DNA of 64,000 nucleotides from Azolla caroliniana (taxonomy: Eukaryota > Plantae > Polypodiophyta). The position numbers and the translations under genes were made by a program. This document shows positions 1 to 12,490 of this stretch, one piece after another; position 1 is the stretch's first letter; each line of letters opens with the position of its first letter. The stretch covers positions 15,066,001 to 15,130,000 of the forward strand of contig JBHGNT010000020.1 in assembly GCA_043228905.1 (NCBI GenBank), in the 5' to 3' direction. The notes beneath the pieces were generated by a model. It searched no databases and had not been told where the DNA came from. It saw only the letters and a list, made by a program, of their open reading frames with translations.

Positions 1-217
1 TCCTCTATATCTCTGCCTGTGTATTTCTTTTTATCCTCAATGTCTTGATCTTTGTGTTTCTTATCCTCTTCATCTATTTCTCTATTTCCATAATTGCCAG
101 TCACATTCATTGCTTCCAGAGACACTTCCTCAACATCATTCTCTTCATTGCTTTTTCTTCAACATCTCTTGATGTCGTCATCAACACTACTTTGCCTAGC
201 CCTCATCAACATCAAGT

Positions 218-1057
218 TTTCCAGTTCCCGGTGAGGACTGCACAGGGTCGCTCACCCCCGTTTGTGTTCCTGTCTCCAATGAGGACCGCACATGGTCGCT
301 CACGCATGGTGGTTTTCATGCCTCCAATGAGGACTGTACATGGTCTCTCACGCTCGTTGGTGTTCCAGTTCCCGGTGAGGATTGCACATGGTCCCTCACG
401 TTCGTTGGTGTCCGAGTTCCCGGTGAGAACCGCACATGGTCACTTGTTTGTATCTCCAGTGAGGATCGCACATGGTCACTCACTTCCGTTTGTGTTTGTA
501 TCTCCGGTGAGGATCGCACATGGTCACTCACTTCCGTTGGTGTTTCTATCTCCGGTGACGACCGCACGCGGTTGCTCACGCCCGTTGGTATTCCAGTCCG
601 TGATGAGGACTGCACATGTTCACTCACGCCAGTTGGTGTTCCAGTCTATGGTGAGGACCGCACACGGTCGCTCACGCCCGTTGGTGTTCCAATTCCCTGT
701 GAGGACCACATATGGTCGGTCACATCCGTTGGTGTTCCTGTCTCCGGTGAGGATTGCACATGGTTGTTCACTCATGTAGGTGTTGTAATCTCTGGTGAGG
801 ACCACACATGGTCGCTCACGCTCACGTTGGTGTTCCAGTCTCCGGTGATAACCATACATGGTCACTCACACTCATGTTGGTGTTCAAGTCTCCAGTGAGG
901 ATCACACATGGTCGCTCACGCTCACGTTGGTATTCCAGTCTCTGGTGAGGACCTAACATTGTTGCTCACGCTCACATTGGTGTCTAGTCTCCGGTGAGGA
1001 CCACACATGGTTGCCCGCGTTCCTATTTCTGGTGAGGACTGCTCATGATCACTCACA
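218..1057 (+). repeat. 48/50-bp tandem repeat array (consensus GTGAGGACCGCACATGGTCGCTCACGCCCGTTGGTGTTCCAGTTCCCG), ~17 units
   Basis: Directly visible head-to-tail repeats with no unique spacers; terminal units are a 50-bp variant. Confidence 0.95.
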
Positions 1058-1136
1058 CCTCAACATACTTTGGTTTTCTCTTTCAGCTTACACGTACACC
1101 ACATTTTTTAAAAGCGGGCCGTAAAGGGGAGTATAA

Positions 1137-1574
1137 TGTCACAAACATGACGACAAGATTTGAACTCTTGACCTCTTGTATATAGTCAAGTGTTGTGTTC
1201 TAACCAACACATCCAAATATAAGGTCATGTGATGTACATCTTAGTAGATTATTAGTAGATTATCTATTTCAAGTTCTAGGAGTTTTTAGAACGTTCTAGA
1301 ACTAGAAGGTTCTAAAAGGTTCTAGAATATTCTTTCGAATATTGTAATACATGCACTTCGACTCACAGTATAAATACTTGTAACCTCCTTAGTCCCTTTC
1401 AAGGGATTCAACACCAGTCATTGAAACATCAATCTAGTATTCTTCTTCCATTCTATCTTTGTCTCCTCCTTCATCTTTGTCTTTATTCTCTTATGTCGTT
1501 CCTAGCATCTTAAATTCCTTGTTAGCCTTGTCATTCGTGTTCCATCCAAGTCCGTGGTTTGTGTGTCCATCACT
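1137..1574 (+). repeat. LTR-like repeat of element Z (internal copy)
   Basis: Starts TGTCAC right after the PPT and aligns with 13637-14071; its 3' terminus is degenerate. Confidence 0.75.
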
Positions 1575-2147
1575 TATTGAATACCTTCCAACTAGAAGCA
1601 TCACCCGTCTTCGTCGTCGCCCTTGCTTCTAGAGTTACCATCATCACTGTCCTTGCTTCCACAGTTACCGTCATCAGCATCCCTCGTTTCCTATCTTCCT
1701 CACCATCTCTATTTCCTAGTTTATTCTAATCTTTGTCTCTATCTTTTAGTTTCTTATCATCATCATCCCTATCTTTGCGCTTCTTATCATCGTCCACATC
1801 CCTATCTCTAGGTTTTTGGTCATTGTCATCCTTCTCCCTGTGTTTCTTGCCATTTTCATCTCTATCAATGTGTTTCTTATTATCATCCTCCATGTCATTG
1901 TGTTTCTTATCATCTTCGTCCCTGTCATTGTGTATTCTATCATCCTCTATATCTTTGTCTGTGTGTTTCTTTTTATCCTGAATGTCTTCATCTTTGTGTT
2001 TCTTATCCTCTTCATCTATTTCTCTGTTTCCGTCATAGTCATTGCTTCCAGAGACACTTCCTCAATGTTATTGTCTTCATTGCTTCTTCTTCGACCTCTT
2101 GGTGTCGTCGTCAACACTACTTTGCCTAGCCCTCATCGACATCAAGT

Positions 2148-2488
2148 TTTCCAGTTCCCGGTTAGGACCGCACAGGGTCGGTCACGCCCGTTGGTGTTCC
2201 AGTTCCCGGTGAGGACCACACAGGGTCGCTCATGTTCGTTGGTGTTCCTATCTCTAGTGAGGACCGCACATGGTCACTCACGCACGTTGGTGTTCACGTC
2301 TCCGGTGAAGACTGTACATCGTCTCTCATGCTCGTTGGTGTTTGAGTTCTCTGTGAGGAGCGCACATAGTCCCTCATGTCCGTTGGTGTTCCAGTTCCTG
2401 GTGATGTCCGCACATGGTCCCTCACAGTCGTTGGTGTTCCAATTCCTGGTGAGGAATGTACATGGTCACTCACTTCCGTTGGTGTTTG
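2148..2488 (+). repeat. Second 48-bp array, left part (continues at 13143-13560 after the copia A insertion)
   Basis: Same consensus; the repeat phase resumes across the insertion. Confidence 0.9.
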
Positions 2489-4252
2489 TGTTGCGAAATC
2501 ATTCAGTCAAATCGCAATAAACGAACTGTGTTGAAATACAAATCACGCCAGTATGCTAGAGAGAAACAAGATAAACAATAGTGCACAGAGATTTACATGG
2601 AAACCCTAAAACAGGAGAAAATCACGGAGAATAAAACTTCACTATACATTGGATATACATTAGAGGGTATGTTACTGTTACCGATTAGGAACACGGTCTG
2701 CGGTCAGTCCTTCAACCTAGACCTGCAAGTGATTGTGAAACAACGAATGGTGGCGTCTATGCGTAATACGTAGGGGGGATGTTCCCCATAACCTAGCAGC
2801 GTATAAGGGAGACTGCTACAACCGACTTCTTAGCAGTGATTACACTCACGTTCTTACACTCTCAGGTGTTCCAGACACACAGTAGATTAGCCATAGCTAT
2901 ACACAGGTTTTTAGAGAAGATAGAATTATATTACGATACACTGTTGCGATATTCCGCGAGCGCGTGTAGGATCCGAGGCGGGACCACGAGGGTCTTGGAC
3001 TAGGGAGTGGAGGAAGAAGAATGAGATGAGAAATGGAAGCTTAACACAGGATGAGAAGATGGAGAGTAGCACATAAGCATAGACCAAAATAGATGGAAGC
3101 AAGATCCACAACAAGATATATTAAAAAACAAGCGAATGATTACAACAATGGTGGTCGCATAGGCCACACCAAACTATATAAGGAAACCCTAACTGACTAA
3201 GAAGAAGAAGATGAATAAGAAACCCTAACCCTAAAACGATAAGAAGAGGAAATCTAGAACTATGTGGTATACCTCACTCACACTCAAACATAGGCAACCC
3301 CTTTATAAGTGACCCCTCCCTTTTATAGCCCAAGGAGGGAGGGACCTTACAATGTGGGATAAAATTTCCCCTCTCTTTCTATACACCATATCCTAGTATA
3401 CATGTCCACATGTTGGACACCACCGACTTGCCCATTCCACCCCGGTTTCCCCCTATGGACGAAAATCTTCACGACATCTGCCCCCACCAAACCGCACATC
3501 CACTAGTATGTGCCAAGAAGGGGAAAGAGGTGAGATTTTCGGCCATGGCGGTCAACCGAGTCCTTAGCGTCTTTGTCAGCTTTGCCCGACTTCCTCTTCC
3601 ACTTCGAGCAAGCCCATCCGTCCCACATGGACCACCGTAGCCTCTCGGTCCGCCATATCCGTCGTATGCTCTCGAACCGTCGGCTCCATCCGATGCACCA
3701 TACTCGATGGAGTTTGCCGAACCATTGTCTTCGCCCAGTCCGCCATACCCGGTCTTCGCAAACCTCTCTTTGTCTTCCTTCGTTTTCCGTGCGCGACCTT
3801 GGACCTGATCCTCGTTCTTCCCGACTATTTGCCGAATATCGCACCATGTGCTCTTCGTCCACGCTTGTCTTGCCTTGGCCGCTTCCTCGACTCGGCACTG
3901 TCGCGCCCCAAACTTCGTCATTGATCATCCTCGTGCTCGTCGCTCGGCCCTTACGCGGCCACATCGCACGTCTCGCACTTCGCTTCGCTCCGCGTACCCT
4001 TTCGAAAAGGTATGTTGCTTCCCCGACATCCGTGTCGATGCTCTCATCTTCGGTGTCCCCCGCAACCTCCGAAGTTGCCGCTTTGCCCCAAGGTACACCC
4101 TCTTGGTCCGCCTAGCCAGCTCAGCCGCACACATCATTTGGGATGCCTTGTTTTCTCTTCACAGTGCGTGACCCTCCGTTCTCCACGCACCTCTGTTTCC
4201 CTAGACACAATCCTTCATTCATGTCGACCACGCTCGTCTCGTTTCGTCGATC

Positions 4253-7148
4253 TTAGCGTCTCGTCGCGCCATCCTTCGTCCTGCGCTTGCCTCTCGAAGG
4301 CTTCATCCGACCTTCATCATCGATCACTCGTTGCGGCTCCTCCGAATGCACACTCATTCTTTGGTCCTTAGGTGACCCCATTATGTGCACCTCGATTCTC
4401 CCTTGCTCTCCGTGCTCTCTCCTAGTAGAGCGTATCGTCATCCCGACCTTCGTGCCAGGGTCCTTCACGGCTCTCCTTACCGCTTCATCCCGACTCGCAT
4501 CCTCTTGGCCCGCTTGGCCCCGCATGTCCTCCGGGACACCGCTTTTTCTCTCCCTGGTGCATAACTCTTTGCTCTCCGCGCACCATCCTTCGCTCTCGTC
4601 GTTCATCCGCCGATCCCGGCAACTCACCGCTCCATGTCTTGCAGTGTGCTTGCCTGTGAAAGGCTCGACCGGTCCGCCGTTGCCGCTCACTCGTTGCCGC
4701 TCTTCCAGCCGCATGCTTGCTTCTTGGACCTTCCCCGGCCATAGTGCATGCTCCGTTTTACGCCGTAATGCATGTTTCGTGTTACACGCTTCTTCCGTCG
4801 TAGTCCCGACCTCCGCGTCGGCCTCTTCTTCCTTTGTCATCATAGACCCTTCAGTCTCCGTTTGGCTCTCTTGGCCGTGCTCGTTCGTCTTCATGCACCA
4901 GGTACCCGTTCCGGTAGCCTCGTCCGTTCCGGTCTCCGATTGCTCGCCGCCACCCGCCGCCTCTCCGGTCTTATGTTGATTCGCAACCGTCAAAGTCTCT
5001 AGAATAGGTGGGCAAGGTCCCGCTCGTTTTCGGTCTTCCATGGAACCGTAGTCATCATGCCCGCTTGGCCTCCTTCTCGCGCTCACTGGCTCCCACCATG
5101 TGTTGCGACTCGTCTTCCCCGATCTCCAATCATGCCGGTTGGGTCCTTGCCCGGTTTGATCCCGATTGATCATGTTCCGGTTCGGTCGGCTCTCTTCCGT
5201 GATCGTAACCGGCCGGTAAGGGTTTGGCAAAACAATTCCGGCCTTGCCGGCTCTTCTTCCATTCGGGCCCGGTTGACCGGCCCTTGCTCCAATCTTCTTC
5301 CAAGTCGTCTTCCGGTCGTGTCTGATTACTGACCGGTCCGTCTTCCGCTCGGGTCGGTTCCCGACTCTCTCCTTGTTGCTACTCCCAGCCTCTCCTTCGG
5401 TACCTTTCGGTATGCCCGTTCCAGGCCTCACATCCTCTTCGTATGTGCCCACTCCGAGCCATGCCTTCTCACGGCCACCGCCCATCTCTCCGGTCTTATG
5501 TCCGCACTCGGGCGCAACTGTCGTAGTCTCCGATCTCGGTGTCGAGGGGTCTCTCCTCCGTCCGCTATGACCTTCCTCGTCGTCATTTCGATCGTCCGCT
5601 TTGCCGTCGCCACCTTCAGTCTCTCCGGTCTCATGTGGGCTCTCGGGGCCGATCGCCGAAGTCTCTAGGATAGGTGTGGGAAAAGTCTCAATACAATCAC
5701 TCGCTGATGTCATGTTTGTAGCCACCTTCGTTTGGATGCCGTGGTCCGTAGCTATCTCGTCCCCGGTTACGCAAGCCTCGGTTATGCTTGCTACCTCCTT
5801 GTCCTCGTCGTCGTCTCGGTTGCCCGCCCTGCTGTCGCCATCGCCCATCGCTCTAGGTCTCAAGTGAGCTCTTGGACCGACTGCCAGAGCCTCTAGGGCT
5901 GGTGTGTGTAAGGTCGCGGCACCGCCGCTCGTTGTCTCCGTAGCCGCCTCCGTCCAGTCGTCGTTATCCGCGGCTACCCTGCCTCCGATCGCGCAAGCCT
6001 CGATTACGCTTGCCGCCGTCTCTGCCATGTCGTCGTCTCGGTTGCCTGCCTTGCTGCCGCCACTGCCCGTCGCTCTAGGTCTCACGCCGGCACTCGGGCC
6101 AACCGCCGAAGCCTCTAAGGCCGGTGTGTGTAAGGTCACGACACAGCCGCTTGTCTTCTCCCCATTCGATGTTTCGGGTCGCCATGTCCCGAATCCGTAG
6201 TTACCAGCCTCCATGGCCATCCCTTCACCGCAAGGCAAGAGGGTCGCTTGCTCCACACCCTCTCCCATGTCGCCGTCGTACGCTCTCTCAGCCTCCATAT
6301 AGGCCCCGTCTTCTACGCTTAGGGAGGCTTCTTCCTCCGCATCCTCCGATCTCCTTCGGCCCGACTCCATAATAAGACTTTCTTCGGCTTTGATTTTCGC
6401 CTTCACAAGCTCGCATGCCTCCCGTATTAGCACTTCTAGGTCGAGCTCCTCCGAAACGTTTTGCGTTGAGCTCTCTTCCGGCGGTAGTGCGTAGTCACTC
6501 GCCGCTCTCTCTTCTCCGCCGCTTGCGGGCCGTGTTGTGGCCTACCGCCTCGCATCATGTTGCCGGCACACCCATTCCACCTCGGACCACCCCTCGGTGA
6601 GACCATGTGCTCCATAATCATCTTGAAGCTCGAATAAGATGTCCATCCTCTCCTCTTGATGGATCGTCTTCAAAAATAGGACTTTGTCCGCCCCCACCGA
6701 TCTCCGATCTCGCTCCGAGAGTTGAGAGAAATGGCGCTCGAACTCTCGGAATGCATCCATTGCGCTCCAATGGCGCTCCATCGACGCCACCCATCGGTCC
6801 AACTCATGCCGAACTCGCCCGTCCGGTTTCACATACACGTACGCTTCCAATAGGGCTCCCTCAAAAGACACCCACGACTCATGAGCTTCTCGTAGCTCCT
6901 TGACCTCCTTCTGCACCGATACGGCCGCCACTCGAGGAAAATACTCTACTCGCATCGCCTCGTCCACGCCCCCTTTCGCCATCTCGGCCTTGTAGGCTCC
7001 CAAAAATTTTGGGACCTCATTCCCATTGAACGACCGACTCAATCGACCACCCTTTCAACGGCTTGTTGAGTCGCATCTCACTTCGCCATCTTCCGGCTTC
7101 CATCACGATCTTTGCCATCATCTCCTCGAAGTTGAAGTCTTCTTCCAT
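4253..7148 (-). pseudogene. Gag-like ORF (ATG 7148; frameshifted near 7040-7065; TAG at 6542-6544) continuing in frame into a 726-aa G/E/T/A-rich repeat region
   Basis: FNGNEVPKFLGAYKAEM...WVSFEGALLEAY resembles a retrotransposon Gag capsid and lies just after the PBS. ORFs 6542-7042 and 4253-6433 share a frame. Confidence 0.65.
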
Positions 7149-7169
7149 CTCCACGCTCCCTTGCCGCCT

Positions 7170-7187
7170 TTCACGTCGGGTTCACCA
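7170..7187 (-). promoter_or_regulatory. Primer binding site complementary to tRNA-Trp
   Basis: Plus strand TTCACGTCGGGTTCACCA equals the 3' 18 nt (with CCA) of plant tRNA-Trp as recalled; it lies 4 bp from the LTR. Confidence 0.85.
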
Positions 7188-8442
7188 AATATGTCGCGAT
7201 ATTCCGCGAGCGCGTGTAGGATCCGAGGCGGGACCACGAGGGTCTTGGACTAGGGAGTGGAGGAAGAAGAATGAGATGAGAAATGGAAGCTTAACATAGG
7301 ATGAGAAGATGGAGAGTAGCACATAAGCATAGACCAAAATAGATGGAAGCAAGATCCACAACAAGATATATTAAAAAACAAGTGAATGATTACAACAATG
7401 GTGGCCGCATAGGCCGCACCAAACGATATAAGGAAACCCTAACCGACTAAGAAGAAAAAGATGCATAAGAAACCCTAACCCTAAAACGATAAGAAGAGGA
7501 AATCTAGAACTATGTGCTATACCTCACTCACACTCAAAAATAGGCAATCCAATCATAAGTGACCCCTCCCTTCCTTTTATAGCCCAAGGAGGGAGGGACC
7601 TTACAATGTCGGATAAAATTTCCCTTCTCTTTCTATACATCATATCCTAGTATGCATGTGCACATGTTGCACACCACCGACTTGCCCATTCCACCCTGGT
7701 TTCCCCCTATGGACGAAAATTTTCACGACAACGCTTCTTTACATTCCAAAATACATGCCCCCTCTATCAGAGGTTTTTTGCCCTTTATATACGCAGGCAG
7801 GGTCTATTTAGCCCTTCATGCTTCCTGTGTGAATCGTTACATGTGTTATGATCTTATATTATTTCTTATTCCTACGCTCTTGTCCGTCGGTTACTATTCC
7901 GACGGACAACAGTTACATCACTCTTACGAGTGTATCAGCCACGAGGGGCTCTTAGCGTCTGCTATTACGCACACAGCTATGGCGCTGCACTCTCTCTCTG
8001 TTTCTCTTTCTGCTCACTTCTCACGCTCTCTCACTACTACTGTTCTACAACACTTTTCTACCATTTTGCCCTAAATGTATTTATATTTATACACTGTATT
8101 AGCTATTTACAAATGTAGGCTCTGCTACGTATCATTATTATTATTGCTATAATAATAATAATCAAACTATCAAACAGTTGACTCACTGTTTTCGACTCTT
8201 TGATTGTCGGCTTTCGGAACAGTCGGATCTTCCCTGTCTTCGATTGTCGGCACTCCTTGGTCCGATCAGTTGGATCTTCCCTGTCTTCGACTGTCGGCAC
8301 TCCTTGATCTGATCAGTCGGCTCCTCGTAGTCATCAACTATCAGCAACTTCTGGATAGTCAGTTACTCCTCCCACTAGAGGGACATATTCCCAACAAACT
8401 CCCCCTTCACTCCTGTGGGAGGAAGTCAGTCAGTCCTGTCTT

Positions 8443-11400
8443 CTATGGACAGACTCTGAGTCTATCCATAGGTAGGTTCTTCGTCAGCATGTCGGATCCA
8501 TTGTCGTCAGTATGGATCTTCACCAAGGAAAACTCTCCTTCTTCGACTCTCTCCCGCAACCAGTGATACCTTCTTTGTATATGCTTGGTCCGGGAGTGGT
8601 ATGCAACATTCTTGGCAAGATGTATGGTGCTTTCGCTATCAAAGTGAATCAGGAACTCCTTTTGCTTCATCCCTAATTTGTTGAGAAAATTTCTCATCCA
8701 AATTAGCTCTTTGTCGGCCTCTACCGCTACCATATACTCTGCCTCTGTAGTCAACAAGCCTATAGACTTCTGCAGTCGTGACTACCATGACACTACTCCC
8801 CCTGCATAGGTCATCACGGACCCTGACGTGGATTGGCTCGAGTCGACTTCTCCCGACATGTCTGAATCAGTAAAACCTTCTAGCAGAGGTTTTCCGACAC
8901 CATACCCTAGGCACACCCCCGAGGTGCCCTTTAAGTACCTGAGTATCCACTTCAACGTTGCCCAGTGTTCTCTCCCTGGATTACTCATATATCGGCTTAC
9001 TACTCCTACAACAAATGTTATGTCTGGTCTCGTACAGACCATAGCATACATTAGATTGCCGACAGCCGAGGCATACGGTACCTTCCTCATCTCGGCCTTC
9101 TCCTTCTCTCCTCTCGGGCACTGTTTCGCATTTCACCTAGAATTTGTCGGCAACACTGAGCCGACCGTCTTTGCATCTAACATGTTAAATCTCTCTAGGG
9201 TCTTTGTCACATACTTCTATTGTGAAACCATAGCACCTTTTAAGTTTTGTCTCGAACTATGTGCATTCCCAGGATCTATTTAGCCGGTCCAAGGTCTTTC
9301 ATGGCAAACACTTTGCCGAGAGCTTCCTATCTTCCTTGTATCTGGACTGACTATCAACATGTCATCAACATATAACAGGATAATCAAGAAGGCTCCTTCA
9401 TCATACCTCTTGACGAACACACAGTGATCGGCCTGTGTTTTCTGTAACCGGTGTTCCATCATGAAGGACTCGAACTTCTTGTACCATTGGCATGGAGCTT
9501 GTTTCAAACCGTACAAGCTTTTCTTTAGTCGACACACCTGATTCTCTTTCCCTTTCTCCTCAAAGCCCTCGGGTTGCTGCATGTAGATTTCTTCTTCTAA
9601 CTCCCCGTGCAGGAATGTGGTTTTGACATCCAACTATTCGATCTCTAGGTCCATACTGGCCGTTATGCTCAGAACAGTTCGAATGGATGTAATCTTTACG
9701 TCAGGTGCGAATATTTCTTCAAAGTCGACGCCCTTTTTCTGTTGAAAACCCTTCACCACTATGCAGGCTTTATACCTGGGCTCACTGTCGGCTTCTCCAG
9801 TCTTCACCTTGTAGACCCACTTATTCCTAAGTGCTTTCTTACCTTTCGGCAGCTCTACTAGTTCGTAGGTGTAGTTCTTGTGCAAGGATTCTATCTCATC
9901 TTGCATCGCACTCAACCATTTTTCTCTGTGCTCGTCGGCAATGGCTTCTTCATAGCACTCTGGTTCACCTTCATCAGTCAAGAGGATGTATTGACTAGCG
10001 TATGTAGTCGATGCTTTCCTTTCTCTGAGTGGGTATATTCTTCCACTCATTGTTGGCTCACTTTCGGATGTCTCTGCCAACTCTTCTCTCTGCTCGGGAT
10101 TCTGCTCGCCAATCGGCCTCTCCTGGTTGGACAACTCCAACTCATATTCATCAATTGAGCTTTGCAGCTCTACCAACTCTAACTCATAGTCAATCAGTCT
10201 CTCCAAGTCGATTGACTTAGATTCGGCTCTATCGGCTAGTTGTCTCCTTACAGCTGTCAGTGACAACTCACTTGGCCTTAAGTCGATGGTAGTCGAGGTA
10301 GACTGGGGAGTCGATTCTGACATCTGTTGCTTCCAGTATTCAATTGTCTTATCTTCTAGAAAGACCTACATCCCGACTTCTCACTACCTTCTTGTCGACT
10401 AGGTCCCATAGCCTGTAGCCGAACTCATCTTCTGAGTATCCCATGAATATGCATGCTTTCGACTTGTTGTTGAGTTTTGACCTCTGATCTTTCGGTACAT
10501 GCATATACCCCAAACATCCGAACACCCTCAGATGCTGGTAGGAGACATCCTTCCCTATCCACACCCTCTATGGGACATCACCCTTCAATGGTACTGAGGG
10601 AGACCTGTTTATCAGATAAACATATGTGTACATCGCCTCAGCCCAATAGGATTTCGGCAGTTTCGCATGAGAGAGCATGGTCCTTACTCTCTCCATGATA
10701 ATTCGTTTCATCCTCTCTGCAAGCCCGTTCAACTCTGGGGTCTTTGGCATTGTGTATTCGATCTGAATACCTTGGCTCTTGCAGTATTCCTCGAACTGCC
10801 CTTTGTACTCACCACCGTTGTCGATTTAGACTGCCTTCAACTTTCGACCCGACTCTCTTTCGGCTCTTGCCTGGAACTCCTTGAAAACCGATAGTACTTG
10901 ATCCTTCGTCTTCAGTACGAAGGCCCATGTCTTCCGACTATGGTCGTCAATGAATGTCACAAAGTATTGTCCACCTCGATGCAATGGAGCATCAACATAA
11001 CACACGTTCGTGTGTACTAGTTCCAGTGCAGCCTCTCTTCTTGTCGGTGTGGACTTGTGTGGAATGCAGCTCTATTCTGCTTTCCGGATAAGTAGTCAAT
11101 GCGCTTCTCCAGATCCATGCCCTTGACTTTTGGTAGAAGTTTCTAGTCGGCTAACATGTGCATTCCCTTCTCACTCATGTGGCCTAGCCTCTTATGCCAT
11201 ATCTCACTGGCCGAGTCGGCTGCCACATTTATTTCCAATTTGCACAATCGGGCATGAATCATGTACAATATGCCTTCTTCCTGTGCTCGGGCCACTATAA
11301 GATTTCCTCGACAGAACTTCCACTTGCCATTTCGAAAGCTACCGTTATAGACTTCATCATTTAACCTTCTAGTCGATATTAGATTCAATCTGATATCGGG

Positions 11401-12490
11401 GACGTGTCGAATATCCTTCAGTGTCAGTCGACACCCTGTCAATGTCATTAAGCAAACACTTCCGACAACTGTTACCCTGCACTCTCCACTATCACCCATC
11501 TTTACATAGCCATGATGATCCCCAGTTATGTAAGTCAAGAAATACTCTCTCAAGGGAGTTATGTGGAACGATGCCCCGGAATCAATCACCCACGTGCAAT
11601 CTTCAAGTCTTGCAAGATTTGCACTTGTCTGTTCACAAATGAACAGGAGTTCTTCATTGCTCATAGCAATGGCCAAAGTGTTATTTTCATCAGGAATCTT
11701 CCTGGGTTCGACATTATTTCCGACACTCTTGTCTTTCTTTAAGTGTCGACAATCCTTCTAGAAGTTTCTAGGCTTTCCACAATAAAAGCGCACATGCTTA
11801 CTTGTGGACTTCCATTTGGCGTGGGATTTGTCCATTCGTTGCAGACTTCTTCTTCGCCAGTCGCTTCCTTTGTCCATATGTTGAGTCAAATTCGACTCTG
11901 ATAGGGATAGGACTCTTTTATCTTTCCTCCCTACCTCCTCATTTAGGATGCTCGTCCTCACCATCTGTAAAGACAAGTTCTCTTCTTGACAGGAGGTGCT
12001 GAGAGTAACCACCAGGTTCTCCCAGCTGTCCGGTAGTGTGCACATCAGCAATATGGCCTGTATTGCATCATCCAAGGGAAACTTCATCGCAGCAAGTTGA
12101 TTTACATACCCCATGAATTTGTTCATGTTTTCGACGATGCTCTCACCGTCTTTGTATTTCAGCCATACGATTTTTCTCATCAGCGAGGTTTTATTGAGCG
12201 CACTCTTCCTCTCATACAGACCCAACAGCCTTTGCCACATCTGTGAGTATTTGTGTCATTCGCCACATGTTGAAGGAAACATACATCGACACATTGTCGG
12301 ATAGTGGCCATCGCCTTTCTATTCAGAAGCTTGTAGTCTGACTCCAATACCCCCTGGGTATTTCTGCTCTGTTGATTGGCTCGTACATGTCTTTAACTAT
12401 GAGAAGGTCTTCCATCTTGATCTTCCAGTCTGCATAGTTCTGTGAGTTGCGAACTATCATATCTAGGAAACCGCTCACACCTCCTTCCAT
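8443..12490 (-). pseudogene. Copia gag-pol pseudogene of element A
   Basis: MEGG...NYADWKIKMED start; VIDSGASFH protease; WHKRLGH; PELNGLAER integrase; LLYVDD RT; RNase H; many stops and frameshifts. Confidence 0.95.

Larger units (their letters stand above)
2942..7730 (-). mobile_element. Element C: non-autonomous gypsy-type LTR retrotransposon (gag plus long low-complexity ORF, no pol)
   Basis: LTRs 2942-3476 and 7192-7730 (~96% identical by eye count). 4-bp TSD ACAC/ACGC. PBS 7170-7187 matches the tRNA-Trp 3' end; PPT at 3477-3488. No protease, RT, RNase H or integrase motifs. Confidence 0.88.
2676..7911 (-). mobile_element. Element B: solo LTR (~443 bp: 2676-2941 plus 7735-7911) inserted in the 3' LTR of A and split by element C
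   Basis: TGTTAC...CAACA ends with a perfect TSD GTTAC (2671-2675 / 7912-7916). A's LTR reads continuously once it is removed. TATATAAAGGG on the minus strand near 7785. Confidence 0.8.

Noticed and set aside
45-779. 244-aa ORF (and 1816-2520) as a repeat-protein gene
   Set aside because: By-product of a 48-bp monomer; non-ATG start, and the 50-bp variants break the frame.
218-1057. 48-bp array as a CRISPR array
   Set aside because: The monomers are contiguous with no unique spacers; no cas genes; eukaryotic context.
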